A stretch of DNA of 64,000 nt from positions 148,243-212,242 of the forward strand of contig JACQXK010000004.1 of NCBI GenBank assembly GCA_016208765.1, in the 5' to 3' direction. Shown here one piece after another: positions 26,401 to 41,400 of this stretch; position 1 is the stretch's first letter; each line of letters begins with the position of its first letter. The notes beneath the pieces are model-generated. The model did no database searches. It had not been told where the DNA came from and worked only from the letters and a program-made list of their open reading frames with translations. A program made the translations under genes and the position numbers. The DNA is from Candidatus Omnitrophota bacterium (GTDB lineage Bacteria; Omnitrophota; Gorgyraeia; Gygaellales; Profunditerraquicolaceae).

Positions 26401-29400
26401 AAGGGGCCTGCCTGTGTATCCCGGTAAATTCTGAGGATCTCTACCACAGGCATTCTGCCTGTGCTGATACGTTTGCGTAATTTTCTTTCACTTCCCAAGG
26501 CCTCTGCCTTACCAGGAAAATAATAACGCTGCGGTTCTCTTTCAAAAAATTCAAGAATTTCCTCAGCCACTGGCACAGAGTTTCTAAGCGCGGCCTGTTG
26601 CCTGAATTCATCTGGTAGAATTTCTAAAAGTTCTTCTAAGCGAGATTTCTTTTCTTGCTGGGGCGGGGATCCATGTTCTGCTCCAGTGCCGACTTTCTTA
26701 TAGAAAAACGAATATAAGGTAGGGGAAATTATTCCGAGCTCTTCGGCTATCTTTTTTACACCACGGCCTTCACATAATCTTAAATGAACTGCCTGCTTTA
26801 TTTGGAATGATTTATAAACACCACAAAGCCTTGATAATTGAACTTGTTCTAGTGCCGGGAAAATGTGATCTTCTATCTCCTGATTGCTAAATTTTCCTGT
26901 CAATGAGCCGAGGCTAAAAGATGAGTTTTGCCTGATTAAACATTCAATAAGCCTGTCATAAATACTATTTGTTTTTGAAATAGTAATAAATTGTTCCTTG
27001 GCATTGCTTAATCTTCTGGCAACAGTAACAATCCCAAAACCTAATTTCTTGCCGACCTGGCCACGCTCCTGCCTTGGGTTAGAATAAAAAAGTTCTAAAA
27101 CGATTTTGATTTCACGCATCCGCCAGTCATCAACCGGCCACTGATACAAAACCTGCCTAAATATTTGCCGTACTTCTGGATTGCCATCCTTTAATGACTC
27201 CAAAATAAAATCCATCAAGTTTGTTTCAATCTCAATTCTTAGTTTATTAAGAACTATTTGCTGTGCCTCGGGAGAAAGCAGGGAATAAAGAATTCCGCTA
27301 AATAGGCCTTCTTTGGCAGATATTTGCTTAGGTTCTTTTGGATCTGCCTTTACAAAAGACGCATCTGTGGATAAATCTTCTTTAGGGCTCACTGGAAGAG
27401 TATTCCCTGCCGTCGCTTGAGTAGGCAACAAATCTTCCGGTTTTATTATTTTTACTTTTCCCGGCCGCCGAAATTTATCCGTAGGCCTTCTATAATAAAA
27501 TGCCCTCTTAGGTTTTTCTACCGGCCTTTCGGGGTCTTTTGGAGTTGGTTTTGCTGCAGCTGCAGGCAGAGATGGAATTTCTGATTTTGCTTTTGCCTGG
27601 CTCTTTGATGGCTTTAACGATTCTATATGCCTATCTGCTTCTGTTGAATATACAAATCTGGTAGCTGGCTCTTGTTTGGATGGGGCAGGCTGTCTATTTT
27701 TCTGAACAAGCGGAGGAACGGTTGTAACTTGTGCCTGCGATAGCTGAGGTTCTGATTCGGTTACTGCTGGATTCACCGGAGGTTCTGATTTAATTGTTTG
27801 TTGCGGCTGTGTTGGGGCTTGCGACTTTGGCGATGCGAGAAGCATAGGCATTTCCACAGGCTCTGAAACTTCAAAACGCAGCTTAGCGCCGTATTCTCTT
27901 AGCGCAAGGAATGCTTTATATCTTTTCCAAAGCTGCTGCTCTTGATCCTGACAAAATGCTTTTAGCGTTTCTATCTCTGTAGAGTAATGAGCTCTGATTT
28001 GTGCTGCTAAGTTTTTCTCTGAAAACAAAAGATTACTATCAGTAATAAATCTAGCAATATCTTCATAATCAGCTTCAACCTTAACTGTAGATAGAGCTTG
28101 TTTAGCCTGGTGTGGTTGAGACGGAGCAACTGGTTGAAATTTAATATCTTGCGGCTTTGTTGTTGAAGGCGCTGCTGGTTTAACCGTTGTTGGCGCTGGC
28201 GGAGGCCGGGGAGCTTGTGCTGGGATTACCGGCTTTTCAATAACCGGTGGTTGAATTGTTTTAGGCTGTTCATCAACTAGTTCTTCCGACCCTTGTAACT
28301 GGTGAGCTACTGGTTTTGCTGCCGGTTCTGGTTTAGGTAAAGTCTTTTCTACTTCTGCCCCTGGAGCTGGTACAAATGGCGCTGTCGGTTTAGGCGTTGC
28401 TGCTTCTTTTTCTGCCTCAGAAGCTAATTCCATAAACATGTCTTTTTTACCTTTCAACTGCGAATGCCCGGGGATTCTATTTTCTTCACACTCTTCTAAA
28501 ACTCCAGCTATTTCAAAATATATTTCAGCCCTATCCGGGTTCTTTGATATTTCTCCGGTATTATGCGCCTTAAAATAATATAATGCCGCCGAGCGTAAAT
28601 TTCCTTGCTGATAATGCTCTCTTGCCATCTCAAGATTTGTTTGGGTAGCTGGCTGCACTGCACTGCTTGCTTTTCCATGCTTAACCTTACAGAAAGAATT
28701 AGGCAGGCGGCCGGAAGGATACTGGTTCAGCCCTACAACATCGCAGAACTTGCCGACTTTTGCTATATATATTCCGTTTTCTATTTCTAATACAAAATAT
28801 AATTTATTCGGTATTTGCCCACTATCATTCTTAACACAACATACATCGCCATGTTGAAGAACTTCTCTGATTAATAAAAGCACGTCTCTTGTATTGGTAA
28901 TTTTGCCACCTTTAACGACCGCGCCAAAAAATCCTTTTCCAATACGATCATAACTACTCTTTTGAATTATATGTTCACTGATCTCTCCCCAGCCAAAAGC
29001 AGGGCGCTCTCCTGAACCAACCGACTTACAACCCATAGGCAACACAATCAAATCCATAAAGTCTGCTCGACGGCCATGATGGGACATGCGCCATCCTAAT
29101 TCTAGTCCTTCTCTTTCAACAATTAACAGCGGCCTAAACCAATCATCAAATTTTGTAGGGGGAATACCCGCCTTTTCTGCAATCGCAAAGAACTTTGTTA
29201 ACAGTCTAGCATCAATGATCGAATCATTTGTAAAACCGCTTTCTTCTTTTATGGCAGAGCTGGAATTTTGAAGAAGCTGTCCGCAAACCTTCTTCCCCGC
29301 CGTGGTAATCGCAGAAGAAGATGCGCCTTGCTGCAATCTTTTCAGTTCTTCTCTTACAGTTTGGAGAAATTTTTCAGGTGCAGTTAACGGATTGTTAACA

Positions 29401-32400
29401 AGACCTGCTAAGGTTAATCTTGCCTCTTCTCTTCTTGTTTTTGATAACGACCCTGCCACTTCACCATAATGGTGTATTGCCAGCCGCCGTAAATTACATG
29501 ATTGATTTGGATCCTTGAATATCTTAGAACACAAAAATAGCCTCTTAACAGGATTATTCTCTCTTCCAAATGTAGCAAGGAAAATATCTATATCATCTTC
29601 TGTTTTCTGTGGAAGAGATTTGCGGCCATAATTTCCTTTCTTACTCCGAGGGATAACCACTCTTGGGTCATCTGTCCTCTTTTTAGAATCTTCAACTTCA
29701 ACCTCAGCCTGCCAATCTGCAAAAATTACAGGCAAAATAGCCTTGATCTCCAGCTCAAGAGAAGCCCTGAACGCGTTATCACATAATAAAGCCGTTTCAT
29801 TAACAACATTAACATGCTTTAAAAGCCCGAGAATATCGCCTATCAATTCTTCTTTTTCAGAATTAAATATACTGAGCAACCTTTCCTCAGTGCACGTCTG
29901 GACTGCTAAACATTCAATAATCAACCTGTTATCAATTATCCTTGCCCTGAATGTTTTTTGAGTAAGTAATAATTCTCTAACTGTTGTTAAGCGCCTCGCC
30001 ATGGAACTGGTTAATATTTCTTTTATTCTATTTGAGTTTAAATTGGGAAATTCGCTCAGGCTTAGATCATTAGCAAGTAAGAGGACGGCTTCTTGACGTA
30101 AATTCTTTAAATCAGCAAATATTTCAGCTGGATCATTTGTTATCGTCATAGTATCTGTATCAACAACCTCAAAAACTCTTAAGGCATAATCCAGCCCAAA
30201 ATATTCAAGATAAAAAGGCATATACCTTGATATGCAGTCTAAAACTAAATGCGGCAGAACTTCCGATAAAATATTTTCTTCATTATCGCCCTTGTTATAA
30301 GCTTGCGCAACCAATACGCCGGCAAAGTCTTCATTTCGCCAGCCGAAGAAATTATGCAATCCATTGATAAATGGCGCCAAGGCCTGCCAGGCTGCATTAT
30401 GATATGATTCCCATGTTTTAATCTCCTCTTGAGACTGCTTGTCAAGATCAACTTTATTTACCGCTTCCTTCTTTTTTTCTTCTTCTTTGGTTTGATCAAA
30501 TAACTGCTCTAATGCCGCTCTTGATCCCTCTTCCTGTCTTTTCCGGCTTAGCATATATCTTTCCATTTCCTGGTCAGCTTGTGCAAGAAATTCTGCAGCA
30601 GTAGGCCTGCTTTCTTTCTCTAAATAGGCCCTTTCTGCTGCTTCTGCATAAGCCAAAAACTCTGCTTCCTGCGCCCGAAGCTTCAGCCAACAATCATTAA
30701 ACAAATTATCAAGGCCCTCTCTAATTTGTGCTGCTTGCTGTGCTCTTAGGTATTTCGCTTCTGCCAAAGCCTTTTGCTGTGCATTTCTCAACTGCTCTAA
30801 TTTTGCCTGTAATTCCACAAATCGCCTGCCTAACTCCGGCATCTCGGCAAGAATTTTCCTGGCCTTTTTGCCATTACCCTTACTTGAAGGCGCAATTTTC
30901 AAAGCTTCATTCGCCAAGTCAAGAGCGTCTATCTGATCAAATTTTGCCAATTGCTCTAAAGCATTAAACAAAGGATCCAACTGCCTGGCTTTCCATTCTT
31001 TCTTCTTTCTTAAAACCCCTATTTCCTCCTGGGCAACCCTTGATAATTCATCAACCAAAAGCCTTGTTTCTATATTGGCTGCCTGCTCCGGAGTCAGAAG
31101 CGCAATTCCTGAAACAACTATCTCGCGCGAAATCTCATTTTGCCGCAGCCGCTTAAATAAATTTTCAGCGCTGGTGCCGGTGACTAATTCTATATGGATC
31201 ATATTGGTGATTGTCGGGCCTAAGTCCAAAGTTATTTCTCCATCCTTTTTAATAACCTTCTTCCCCTGAGATGCAAATACAAACTCCAAACCTTCTTCAT
31301 CGCGCCCAATGGTTTTAAATAAAGAATACTTTAGAAAATAGTAAGTTGTTAAATAGGGAGCATCATTTATAAGTGCATCAACGATAATTAACCCCTCTTC
31401 ACATTTTTTATTCTCACGACAATAATCAAGAAGGCTGGCGATAGCCAGATGCAGATGGCCGTCAAGGTTCTGGATTGATTTTGCCGGCTGCTCAACCCGA
31501 TACAAGAATAATAATGCCCTTAACATGGCGCTGCTCCTGGTGACGGAAGAAACAGGCCTTGCCAGGCTTAAGGCCAAATCAAAAATCTGCGTAGCAAGGG
31601 TTTTTCTTCTCAGAGGATCTACGATCTCATCCAAACCATGATTCAAGAAGCCGCCAAATTTCCCTGCCTGAAAGAATACCGTCAGATACGGCAAACGGCC
31701 ATTAGAATCAGAACTTAACTCTGCCAGCAAATCATTTGCTTCTTTTTGCAAAATTGAATCACACGGATAACCTTTTAATATCGCCTCTTGCACTGTTAAC
31801 AAAGCATCCTTGTATCTTCCAAGCAGTTTCAGGGCCTCAAATTTATTCAAATATATTGCAAAACCTGGCCCTGCAGCTAAAGCCAAATCATAATGTTTCA
31901 GGGCTTCTTCATAACAGCCATAAACAGAGTAGGCATACCCTATGGCATCCTGAAGGCTGGCGCGGATCTGCGGATCATTCACTAATGCCTGCATCCTGCT
32001 AAATGTTACTATTGTGTTAAGATTCCTCCCTTGCTGGCGATAGATTGTGGCCTGAAATTCTAATAAAGCGATAATAATTGTGCCTGCTCCTTGCTTTACC
32101 CTGACTTTCGCGGTTAGGCCTTCTGCAAAAACAAGAGCCTCAGCAGGCATTCTCATTGCTACGAAATGCCGGCACAAGTTTTCAAGCATCCTTGCCAGGA
32201 ATATTGAATTCTCCGTAGAAAACGGATAGTTTCCTTCTATAAATTTGGCCACTGCGCGGGAACAAAAATCACGCGCCTCCTGTAGCAAACCTAATTCTGC
32301 AAGATGAATTGCCGTATGTTGTAAGGCCATAAAATCGCCGTGTTTAAAAGAATGCCCGATTGCTTCATTGAATAACCTCAATGCATCTTGAATAAACTCC

Positions 32401-35400
32401 GGTTTATTTTCAAGCAGCGCCCTCTTAAGAATAAATTTAGCCTCCCAGATAAAACGATATGCAAAACCTGCTTGATCTTGCTTAAAAGAACGTAAAATAT
32501 TTTCCACATCTTGATTTACAAAATCATTACTCAGGTAAAACCACAGCAGTAAATAACGTAAATCATTATTGTTAAACCGGCCTGCCCTAAAATCTGCAAA
32601 TCTCCTGGCAAAGAAACTTGACATCTCTGCATCTGAACGATAACCTTCAACAATATAACTGCCATCTGCTGCCTTCTTTTGTTTTTGATGATAAGCAATC
32701 TTCTCAATACTAAGATGTGTAAAAATAAGCATCTCTTGAATACGCTTGCGGGAATTTTCATCTACCACTTCCAACAAATCAAGTAAGCCGGCTATATTTG
32801 TTTCAGTATCAGCCCCGATTAACGACCGGAAGATATTAAAAGAAGCGGCAAGGTCACCGGCCTCAAATGATCTTTTTGCCTGTTCAAAACGCTGGCTTAA
32901 ATCTTCAAACAAGCCCGATCTCTGTACCATAAGTTCTTTTTCTCTTTGCCTTAAAGCAGACTCTAACCCTGCAACATCCAAACCCTTTTCTTTAGCCCTG
33001 ATAATCACATCCCTTGAAGAAGGCGCATCTAAGATCATTCCGCTGTATTTTGCGGTTTCCTCCCCAAGGATAATCTCAGAAACAACCTTACCCCTATCCT
33101 CCTGACTATTGGCTCCTAGAAGATTGAATATTTCCACTTTCTCATCTGGCACAACGCCAATACCAAATCCTGCCAAAGCTTCTTCTGCCTGTTCGCAGCT
33201 AATATACATCGGCCCGCATTCCTGTGCATATTTTTGAACAAACTCTTCTATCTTGCTTACTGCTGAAGACGAGATACCTTGAATAGCAAAAATGTTTCTG
33301 TCTTCTTCTTTCCCGGCTGATAAGGCAGGTGAAGCAGCAGAATTTACATTAAGCAGCTCTTGAACAATAAACGAATCCTTCCATACCTTTAAAAATACAC
33401 AATCAAGCCCAATTCTCTTACGCCAATCTGAAAATGGTATTTCGTATTTATAATAAGTATACTCCCCGTCTTTGCTTGCTATCTTGCCATCCACAACACA
33501 GAGCCAAATTAATTGCTCGCGCTCGTACGGCTGAAGCTTAGAAAGAAAATTTAGACTAAGCATTTTTTTAAATTCTCCTATACGCACATTCACAGGCAGC
33601 CTGCTGGCGCGATTCCAGAGTAAATCTGACTCAAATACCGGCTCAATATCCAAACAACAGAATCTACGGTTTTTCCAAAAATATACTCCGGGGCCAAAGC
33701 TCGGATACATAGTAATTACTTGCCCATCCTCATCGCCGACTATAATTACTCTCATCAACCCATAGGCGCTATCTAAATAAGAAACAAAAGCCTCTCCCGG
33801 CCACCAGTCTAAAACATTGCCATCGGGCAAATCACGTATTGAGCGCGCGGACTTGACTGCTTTATCTAATACTGGGCCTATCGTTTCCGGAGAATAATTG
33901 GAAGGGAAATATATGGTGGGCAATTTCTGCAAATTTCCATCACGAGGAAAAACGTGCCTTCTTATGACATGGCTTCTGTTTTGTGCGCTCAGAGTTACCG
34001 GCAAAGGCGTTGCCTTTAATTCGTTATTATTAAGCCGGGTTAACAAACGCGACAAAACTCTGGAATAAATTCCAATGCCATAGCCATCTGAAAGCGATAC
34101 AGAATGCTCGCAAAATTCCCTTGCCTTGTCAGCGCCGTCTAAAACAATAATCCTGAATAAAACATTAAGCATGGTTTGATATTTCAAGATAAACCCGGTA
34201 CTGTCCCCGGGCGCAAGCCGTATAAGCTCCTGGGTATAGGCTATCGCATTTTCAAAATCTCCCTTTTGGATGCAAATCTTTGCCTGACGGCTCAGAAGAT
34301 TTTGATTTAAAGGATCAATTTTTAATACCGATAAGATTAATTCTGAAGCTTTCTCAAATTTCCCTTGGGCAGCCAAGCTTAAACTTAATAATAAATACCC
34401 GGCAATATCATCGGGGAATAAAGCGGCAGATTTCCGCGCAATCTCCAAAGCCTCGTCAAACCTTTCCATCACAAACAGTACCGCATGTTTTTGAGTATAC
34501 CCTACCGGGTTAAGAGGAGAAGTTTCTACACACATATTTGCTGCTTCAAGCGCATAACTAAATTGCACCTGCCTGAAATATACCTGTGACAATATCCAGT
34601 AACTAATAGCCAAAGATTTTAGGTAAAATGGAGCGCCCCTTCTTTGAAGGCGGGAATTGCTGATTTTAACTGCCTCATCAACAAATTCTTTTGCTTCGGA
34701 CAATCTTCCCAAGTCCACATACGCCTGCGCAAGCTTGTTTAAAACAACCACATTTTCAGGATTAAGGCGTAATGCCGACATCAATTTAGGAATTTGAGCT
34801 AATGGTAAAAGTTTACTTGCCTCTTGGCAAATCTGACGAATTTGATCATTAATGTCAGGCCTGCCTGTCACAGGCTTAGCAGTAACTGTTGTTTCTGAAC
34901 CTCCATTACAAATCAAAGATTTAAGATCAGTTAAAGCAACTCCGGCATTGGTTAGGCATACCTGCTTCACCTTTAAGATATCAGCTCCCGGGTGATTTAT
35001 TGAAATTGCCAGAAAGAACCCACCCAAAAACTCATCTATTAACTTAGGCAAGTTAGACTCTCCATTTGCATCTTGCGGGTGGCTGCTAAAAACGGCTAAC
35101 TTTCTTGAGAGATATGAATTTCCAAAATGCTCAACCAGGAAAGGAAACCTCATATGAATATAATTAGCTGCAAAAAGATTTAAGATACACCCGGGGGCTA
35201 CGTTATTCTCAAAAGCTATTAATAAAAACTGCCGGCATTCCACAGGATTAATTTTCAACACTTCCTGATGAGGGCTTAACACTGCAAGGCTATTTTCAAT
35301 GCAGGCCCTGCGATTAAGCCTGCTTACAAACATATCAAAAGTATCATTGGGGCTGTATTCAACATTATCTGATAATTCCATAAATAAATCTTCTTTTCCC

Positions 35401-38400
35401 AAAATCTGCAAAATACGGTAAATAATAAAAAACACTGCCGATAACTTATCGTAGCGTTTCTGGATTTTGCGCAACATTTTTTTGTTCTCAGGCTTGAGCG
35501 CAGACAGATCTTTCGCAATTAATTCCAACTCATCTTTTAATTCTGTAAAATAATCTTTTAACGCATTTATAAATCCTTCTTTGGGCTGCTCGTTTTCTAT
35601 CCCTGCGAGAAAAAGCTCAAACTTATTTTCACGGTTATCCTTGCTGAAATGGTTAACTAAACTTGGAACAACAATTTTATATATCTGGTTTGTTTCTTCC
35701 TGCGACAAAGAATCATCTTTGGAAAGATTTCCGGTAAGAGCCAAGAAGGAAACCAGCAGCTCTGCGCCAAAGCTTAAAATTCTGCACTGCATAAAATTTT
35801 CAGCCTCATCAAATTTACTATTGCGGATATAAATAAAGAATAAGACCATTAAAATTGAGTTTCCTAAATTAGACAAGCCGTGGCTTTTTATGGATTCTTG
35901 CAGGATTTTTTCTGATCTCTGTGAATCATGATTCAAGAAACACCCCCAAGCCAAAAGCCCCGAGATCACCTGATTGTCCTGTGGTATAAATTCCTGCCCG
36001 GACAGAAAATCTACGGCTTCAGAAACCCTGCCCAATTCAAACATGCTGGAGACTTTATAATAAATTACATCAAGAGCAACAAAATCTTCTGACTCAAAAC
36101 TAAGCGCCCTCTGCGCGAATTTCTCTGCTTCATTGTACCTATTCTGTTTAAAACGGATCCTGCTTAAAAGTGCAAAACCCAGGTTCTCTACCCCCTGCAC
36201 AAGAAGTAAATTCTGAGCCGCCTCTTCCGCACGAATAAAATCATTATTAGTCATAAAGTAAGAAAACAACGATGAGTACAGGCTCCTTGTCATAATCAAT
36301 CTTTCTTCTTGTTTCAGTTTTATATCACCTCCGGGAAGATTTAAATATTCCCTCATCTCAAATAATGATTTTTTGTAATGTTTTGCAGCCAGAAGATACT
36401 GGGCATTATTAAAATAGCAATCTGCAAGAACGCGCTGAAAAGGGGAAAAAAACTCTTTACAACCTTTCATCTTTTTTTGCAATATTCTTTGGCACATTTC
36501 TATGCCTTCTTTCCATCTTTCCTGATAAATTAATTTTTCCAATTCACTGGCTGATCGGCGAAACCTTATTAATTCTTGCTGGCTTAATGCTGAAGAAGCG
36601 CTTTCATCAGCTTTAGAAATGTTGCCTATTTGCTGCACTCCCACATAAGCTGATGACGATGAAATACGGACTACTGCGCCTACTGCAGAAGAAGCTTCAG
36701 GAGTTGATTCGTCTGAAGGTAAAATTAAATTGCCTGAAATACAATATTCAGGAATAACGCGTAAGGGTGATTTTCCGGCAATAACTTCTAATAAACCAAG
36801 ATTTTTTGACAAGTTTTCCCGGGCCTTAATTATTTCATTATAAGCAACGCCATTTAAACTTTGTTTTATGACTGAGATGTCTACGCCAAAAACCCGGTAA
36901 ATTACATCAACAAAACCTTTGCATGATGAACAATCTTCTTCAATTTTTAAGACCAGCTTCCATAAGCTCTGCCCAAGCGCCGCAAAGCACGTTGCAAGCG
37001 CAGCTCCCATACTATGCCCAAACAAACAAACTTTATTAATGCCTAATTCCTTAAAAACTAAATCTGGGTCATCCACTAATACGCGCGCACAAGGAGGCAT
37101 ATTACCTATTTTTGATCCGCCATATCCACGCCAGGTAACACACACGATTCTATAACCTTGCGCCAGCAATGCGTGTATCTGAATAGCCCAATCCAACAAA
37201 GAATCTCCCACCAGGAATCCATGCAAAAACACCGCAACCTTGGCATTTGCTTCTCCATAAGACCCAAGCTCACGACAAAATATCTGCGCCCCGTCAGGTG
37301 TTTCAATACAATTTGTTTTAAAGCTAAGGGTTAAGAGATGCCTTACTGCCATTTCCCATCCTGAAGAACCGGTTTCATCAGAAGGCGTAAAATCGTTTTC
37401 TATCGCTCCTATGGCAGAGCTGCCTTGCCGGCCCGCTGTCCCGATATTTGCTTGGGCTTCTACCGCCGAGGAAGAAAAAGCTCCGGCACCGAGGGAAGCA
37501 TTCTTAATTTGTTCTTCGCGCCCTTTAATAAAACCTAAATAGTAATCCGTAAAAATTTTTATTTCATCTGGATTAGTTTTCTCCTTCTGCTGCAAAGATC
37601 TTAACATTGCAAGGGCGTCTTTAACAACTCCCTGCTCATCAATAAGAACTATGCCCAAATCCAGTTTTTTTATAGTAAATTTTATCCCATCCATCTGCTT
37701 TTGATGACAAATAACCAGCGGCTCTTTCTTTGAAGATCCCCACTCTAACAACAAGCGACTATTAATTGCGCCAAATTGAGGCTGCTGCAGAAATTGTTCT
37801 TGCTCAACCATTTCCTGCGCCATTTCAAATAAAACATTAAAAACAAGCTCCACAGCAAGGATAGTCTCTTTATTAACCTCCAAGTGTAATTGCGTAATAA
37901 GCCCTTTAAGCTCAATAGCGAGTGAAAAAAATCCCCAAACCGGCTGCCTGGGAATTATCATTATTAAGTCCAACACGCATTCCAGGCATCTGATAAGCGG
38001 TAAAGTTCTTTGATATGCTAAATTAGGAAAAACTACTCCTTTTGGCGCAGAAGAAACAAACCCATCCTTTTTTACAGCACTACTGGACTTAAAATAGAAG
38101 ATTCCTGAATTTCCCGGAGAAATCTTGCGCCAGTTAATATACCTGGTATCTCCGTTTATGCTGTTATCCCCTAAAAGCAATCTCAGAGCTGCGATCGGGG
38201 TGCGGTGCGTAAAAATTACGGCTCTCTTACCTATATATTCCGGCGCAGACTCTGATTTTCTTAAAAACTGTGACATTCTAAGTAAAACATCAATAAAATT
38301 ATCCCCGCCACAAGGCTTAACCAATGCATTATTCCCAAAATAATATTTTTTGTATAATCTTTGCTCATCAGGAGTAAGCTCTTCAAATGATTTATTGCTA

Positions 38401-41400
38401 AAGTTTCCGGAAGACTTAGCAATAACTCTTTCATCGGTAACTAAATTTATATTCATACCTTTATTATTTAAATATTCAACAAATGCCTGTGCTGCTATTT
38501 TAGCCCGGCTCAAAGGGCTGGTAATTACTATGATATTTCCCCCTATTTCTTCTTGGCCCAAACCGCTCTCAAGCAACTTAAGCCAAATTCTATGAGCTAA
38601 GCCAGAAAGCCCTAATGCCGCTTGCTGCGTAGGCAGATTAATATCACTATTGCTCCTTCCCTGAGGGATCCTTTTTGCATTTGCCAGAGTTTCCGGATGG
38701 CTCACCAGACAAATCCCATTAAATCCCGTAGGATATGGAGAAAAATTATCAATTATAGTAAGCTTAGAAGTATCCCCGTGTACCAAAACCCCCGGCAGCC
38801 CAGAAACTTTTTTTAAAACCAGTGACTTGGCAACAGCCACTTTCACTTGTTTTATTAAAACATCATCTCGCGGAGCAAAAGCTAATGTAACCAGGGCCTT
38901 TTCAAATTCATCTAAAGTTATATAAATCTTAGCAAGAAAACTATAGGCATAAATATTTTTAGCCCAAGTTTCTATGGCAAGCATACTAAGAACAATTGCT
39001 TTGTTAGTGTCTTTTGGGAAATATATCTTTGCCAGACCAAGATACGCTTTAGATAAATAAGGCTGGTCATCAGCATTAATTTTCTTTTGCTTTGGTGATC
39101 TGTTTGTTATTGTCTGTATAACACTCTCAAAAAGTTTTCTTGCTTGGTTTTTCTTTCCCTTGGAAAACAATACCTCCGCCAGATTGACTATTCTTTGCGG
39201 GTCATGCGGATAATGCCCTTGGACGATACGGATCTGTTTGCCATCCGGACGATAATCACTCGCAGGCCTGCCTTTTTTCTTTCTGGTTTTCTGAAAATTA
39301 TCTGGATCATCACCAAAACTGCGGCCATTTTTCTTACCCTGCAGTGGCGAGGAAACAGCAGCTTCGGAATTGCCTAAAGGACTTTGCGCAGTAAACACTG
39401 CTACCAAAGCGCCTAATATTTCTTGAGTTTGTAGATGTGATTGTGAGTAAGATTTATTGGGATGGGCTTGATTTAAAATTACTATTATAAATACCTCGGG
39501 AGGAGCGCGGATCCCGTTTAGAAAAACAACTTGCCTATCTTTTAAAATAGAGGTTTCTTGTCCATACCTTAATATTGTAGATCTAACCATTGTTCTTGCC
39601 AGCAGAAATCCATTTAAACCTAAAGTAAATTTTAGGGTTGGTTGTTGCGAAAGGCTACTGTGTGCCGACACAGGAATCCGGGGAATATCTGCTGTTTTGG
39701 CTACTGCTGAAGAGGCATTTTCGCAAAGTCTGTCCAATCTTTCCCGGGGAGACTCAAACTCAGGCGCTAATACTAAAACCTCTTCAAGAAATTCTATTGC
39801 CTTTTTTCTATACGCGTGCATAGCGGCAATTTTGTTAAAAAACCGATAATGTATTGATCCTGCTTCAAAAATAGAAGCCACATTATTATATATGTATGCC
39901 AAAATCCAAGCCAGGGCTTCTCTTTGCTCATGCTTACGTTGAATTCCTTTCTCATAAACGATTCTTTCCAGGAACTGCGGATCCGGCATTAAAACCTTCC
40001 CATTTGGAGAGATGGAACCTACGCTAATATGCACATTTTTATAACCTTCGGAATCAACAGCAACTAAATTATTGAACCCTAATTCTTCTAATAAAAGATA
40101 CACAAAAAGAGACATCTGGCCACAGGCGCAAAGCTGCGAATTTAAAATCACAGAAAGAAACTCATTGCCTGAATCAACCATATTCTTAAACAGTTGCTCA
40201 AGCATTTCAATATCCGGCTTTTCAATAAACAGATAGCTGATTCTTTTAAAAGTTGGAGCAAACAACAAAGGCTTTTGGGAATCCATAGAAAAAACATCTT
40301 CTTCTTCGCGCCATTCATTTAACGCAACAAATACTTCTTCAACACTCCTGCCACGAAGATGCCTGCTTTCAATAAATGGCTGCACCAATAAAGTTCTAAT
40401 TTTGTGAAGATTACCTGAGTGCTTAAGTGGAGAAGAAGCGCAGCCTGGGATAATCCCTTTTAATCTATCTGTATTCCAAAATAAATACCCGTCCAAATCT
40501 GCGCAATAGTGAATCCAAGAAAAAGTTGCTTTTAATTTGTTGAACCCGCGCAATGTTGGCCCAAAAAGCACGAAGAATAAATCGTTTTTCAGTAATATCT
40601 GCGCAATTCTCTCTTCAAGTAATTTCTCTCCTTCACAAGATGCACCCATGCCATAATAATAAACAATTTTACGCCTGCTTGTTTGCGGCAATAAAGAAGC
40701 CTTCAAATAATCACCCCAGACAAAAGAAAGCTGTCCGGGCCTTACTAACCCTTTTTTTATACCAAATTCATTTATCCGCAAAGATTCCTTATATAGCTGC
40801 CTGTCTAATTCCCAACCTTCTACTGATATTCCAAATATATGTGCCAAGCCCAAAGCAAACACACCATTACCTGAACCTAAATCCAGAAGGCTTAAATCAA
40901 AATTGTTTCTAAGCTTAGCGATTGCCTTCGCCGCCAAAACAAATGCCTCATCACAAGAAAGATAATGGACCCCTCCAAAGGTTAAACGCCTCGGCCACAT
41001 ACCTGACAATTTCTCTCGCAAATATCCAGAAGCCCACTTTAAATCAGTATTGAATCTGTCAAAATAATACTGCTGCATTAAAGCCAAATAATTAGAAGCA
41101 AGCTCACAAATACGCTTATCGCGGTTTGTCTTAATTAAATCCACCTTAAGAGTTACTACGCTGCTAACCACAGAGCTTCTTTCTTCTCTTAATGTATATA
41201 GTGATGTTTCAATTTTTTCTTTAGCAGCCAAGGCTGAAGATGCGCTGTAACTTTTACCCACTGTCCCGATTGGGCTGCCGGAAGGCAGGGGAATAGTCTC
41301 TGGTTTGTTTTGTTTAGCTGCTCTTAATACTATTTTATCTAAAATCTGCTGATAAAAACCTGCACTTCTTTTCTGATCGCTTTCTGTCAAATACTGCCTT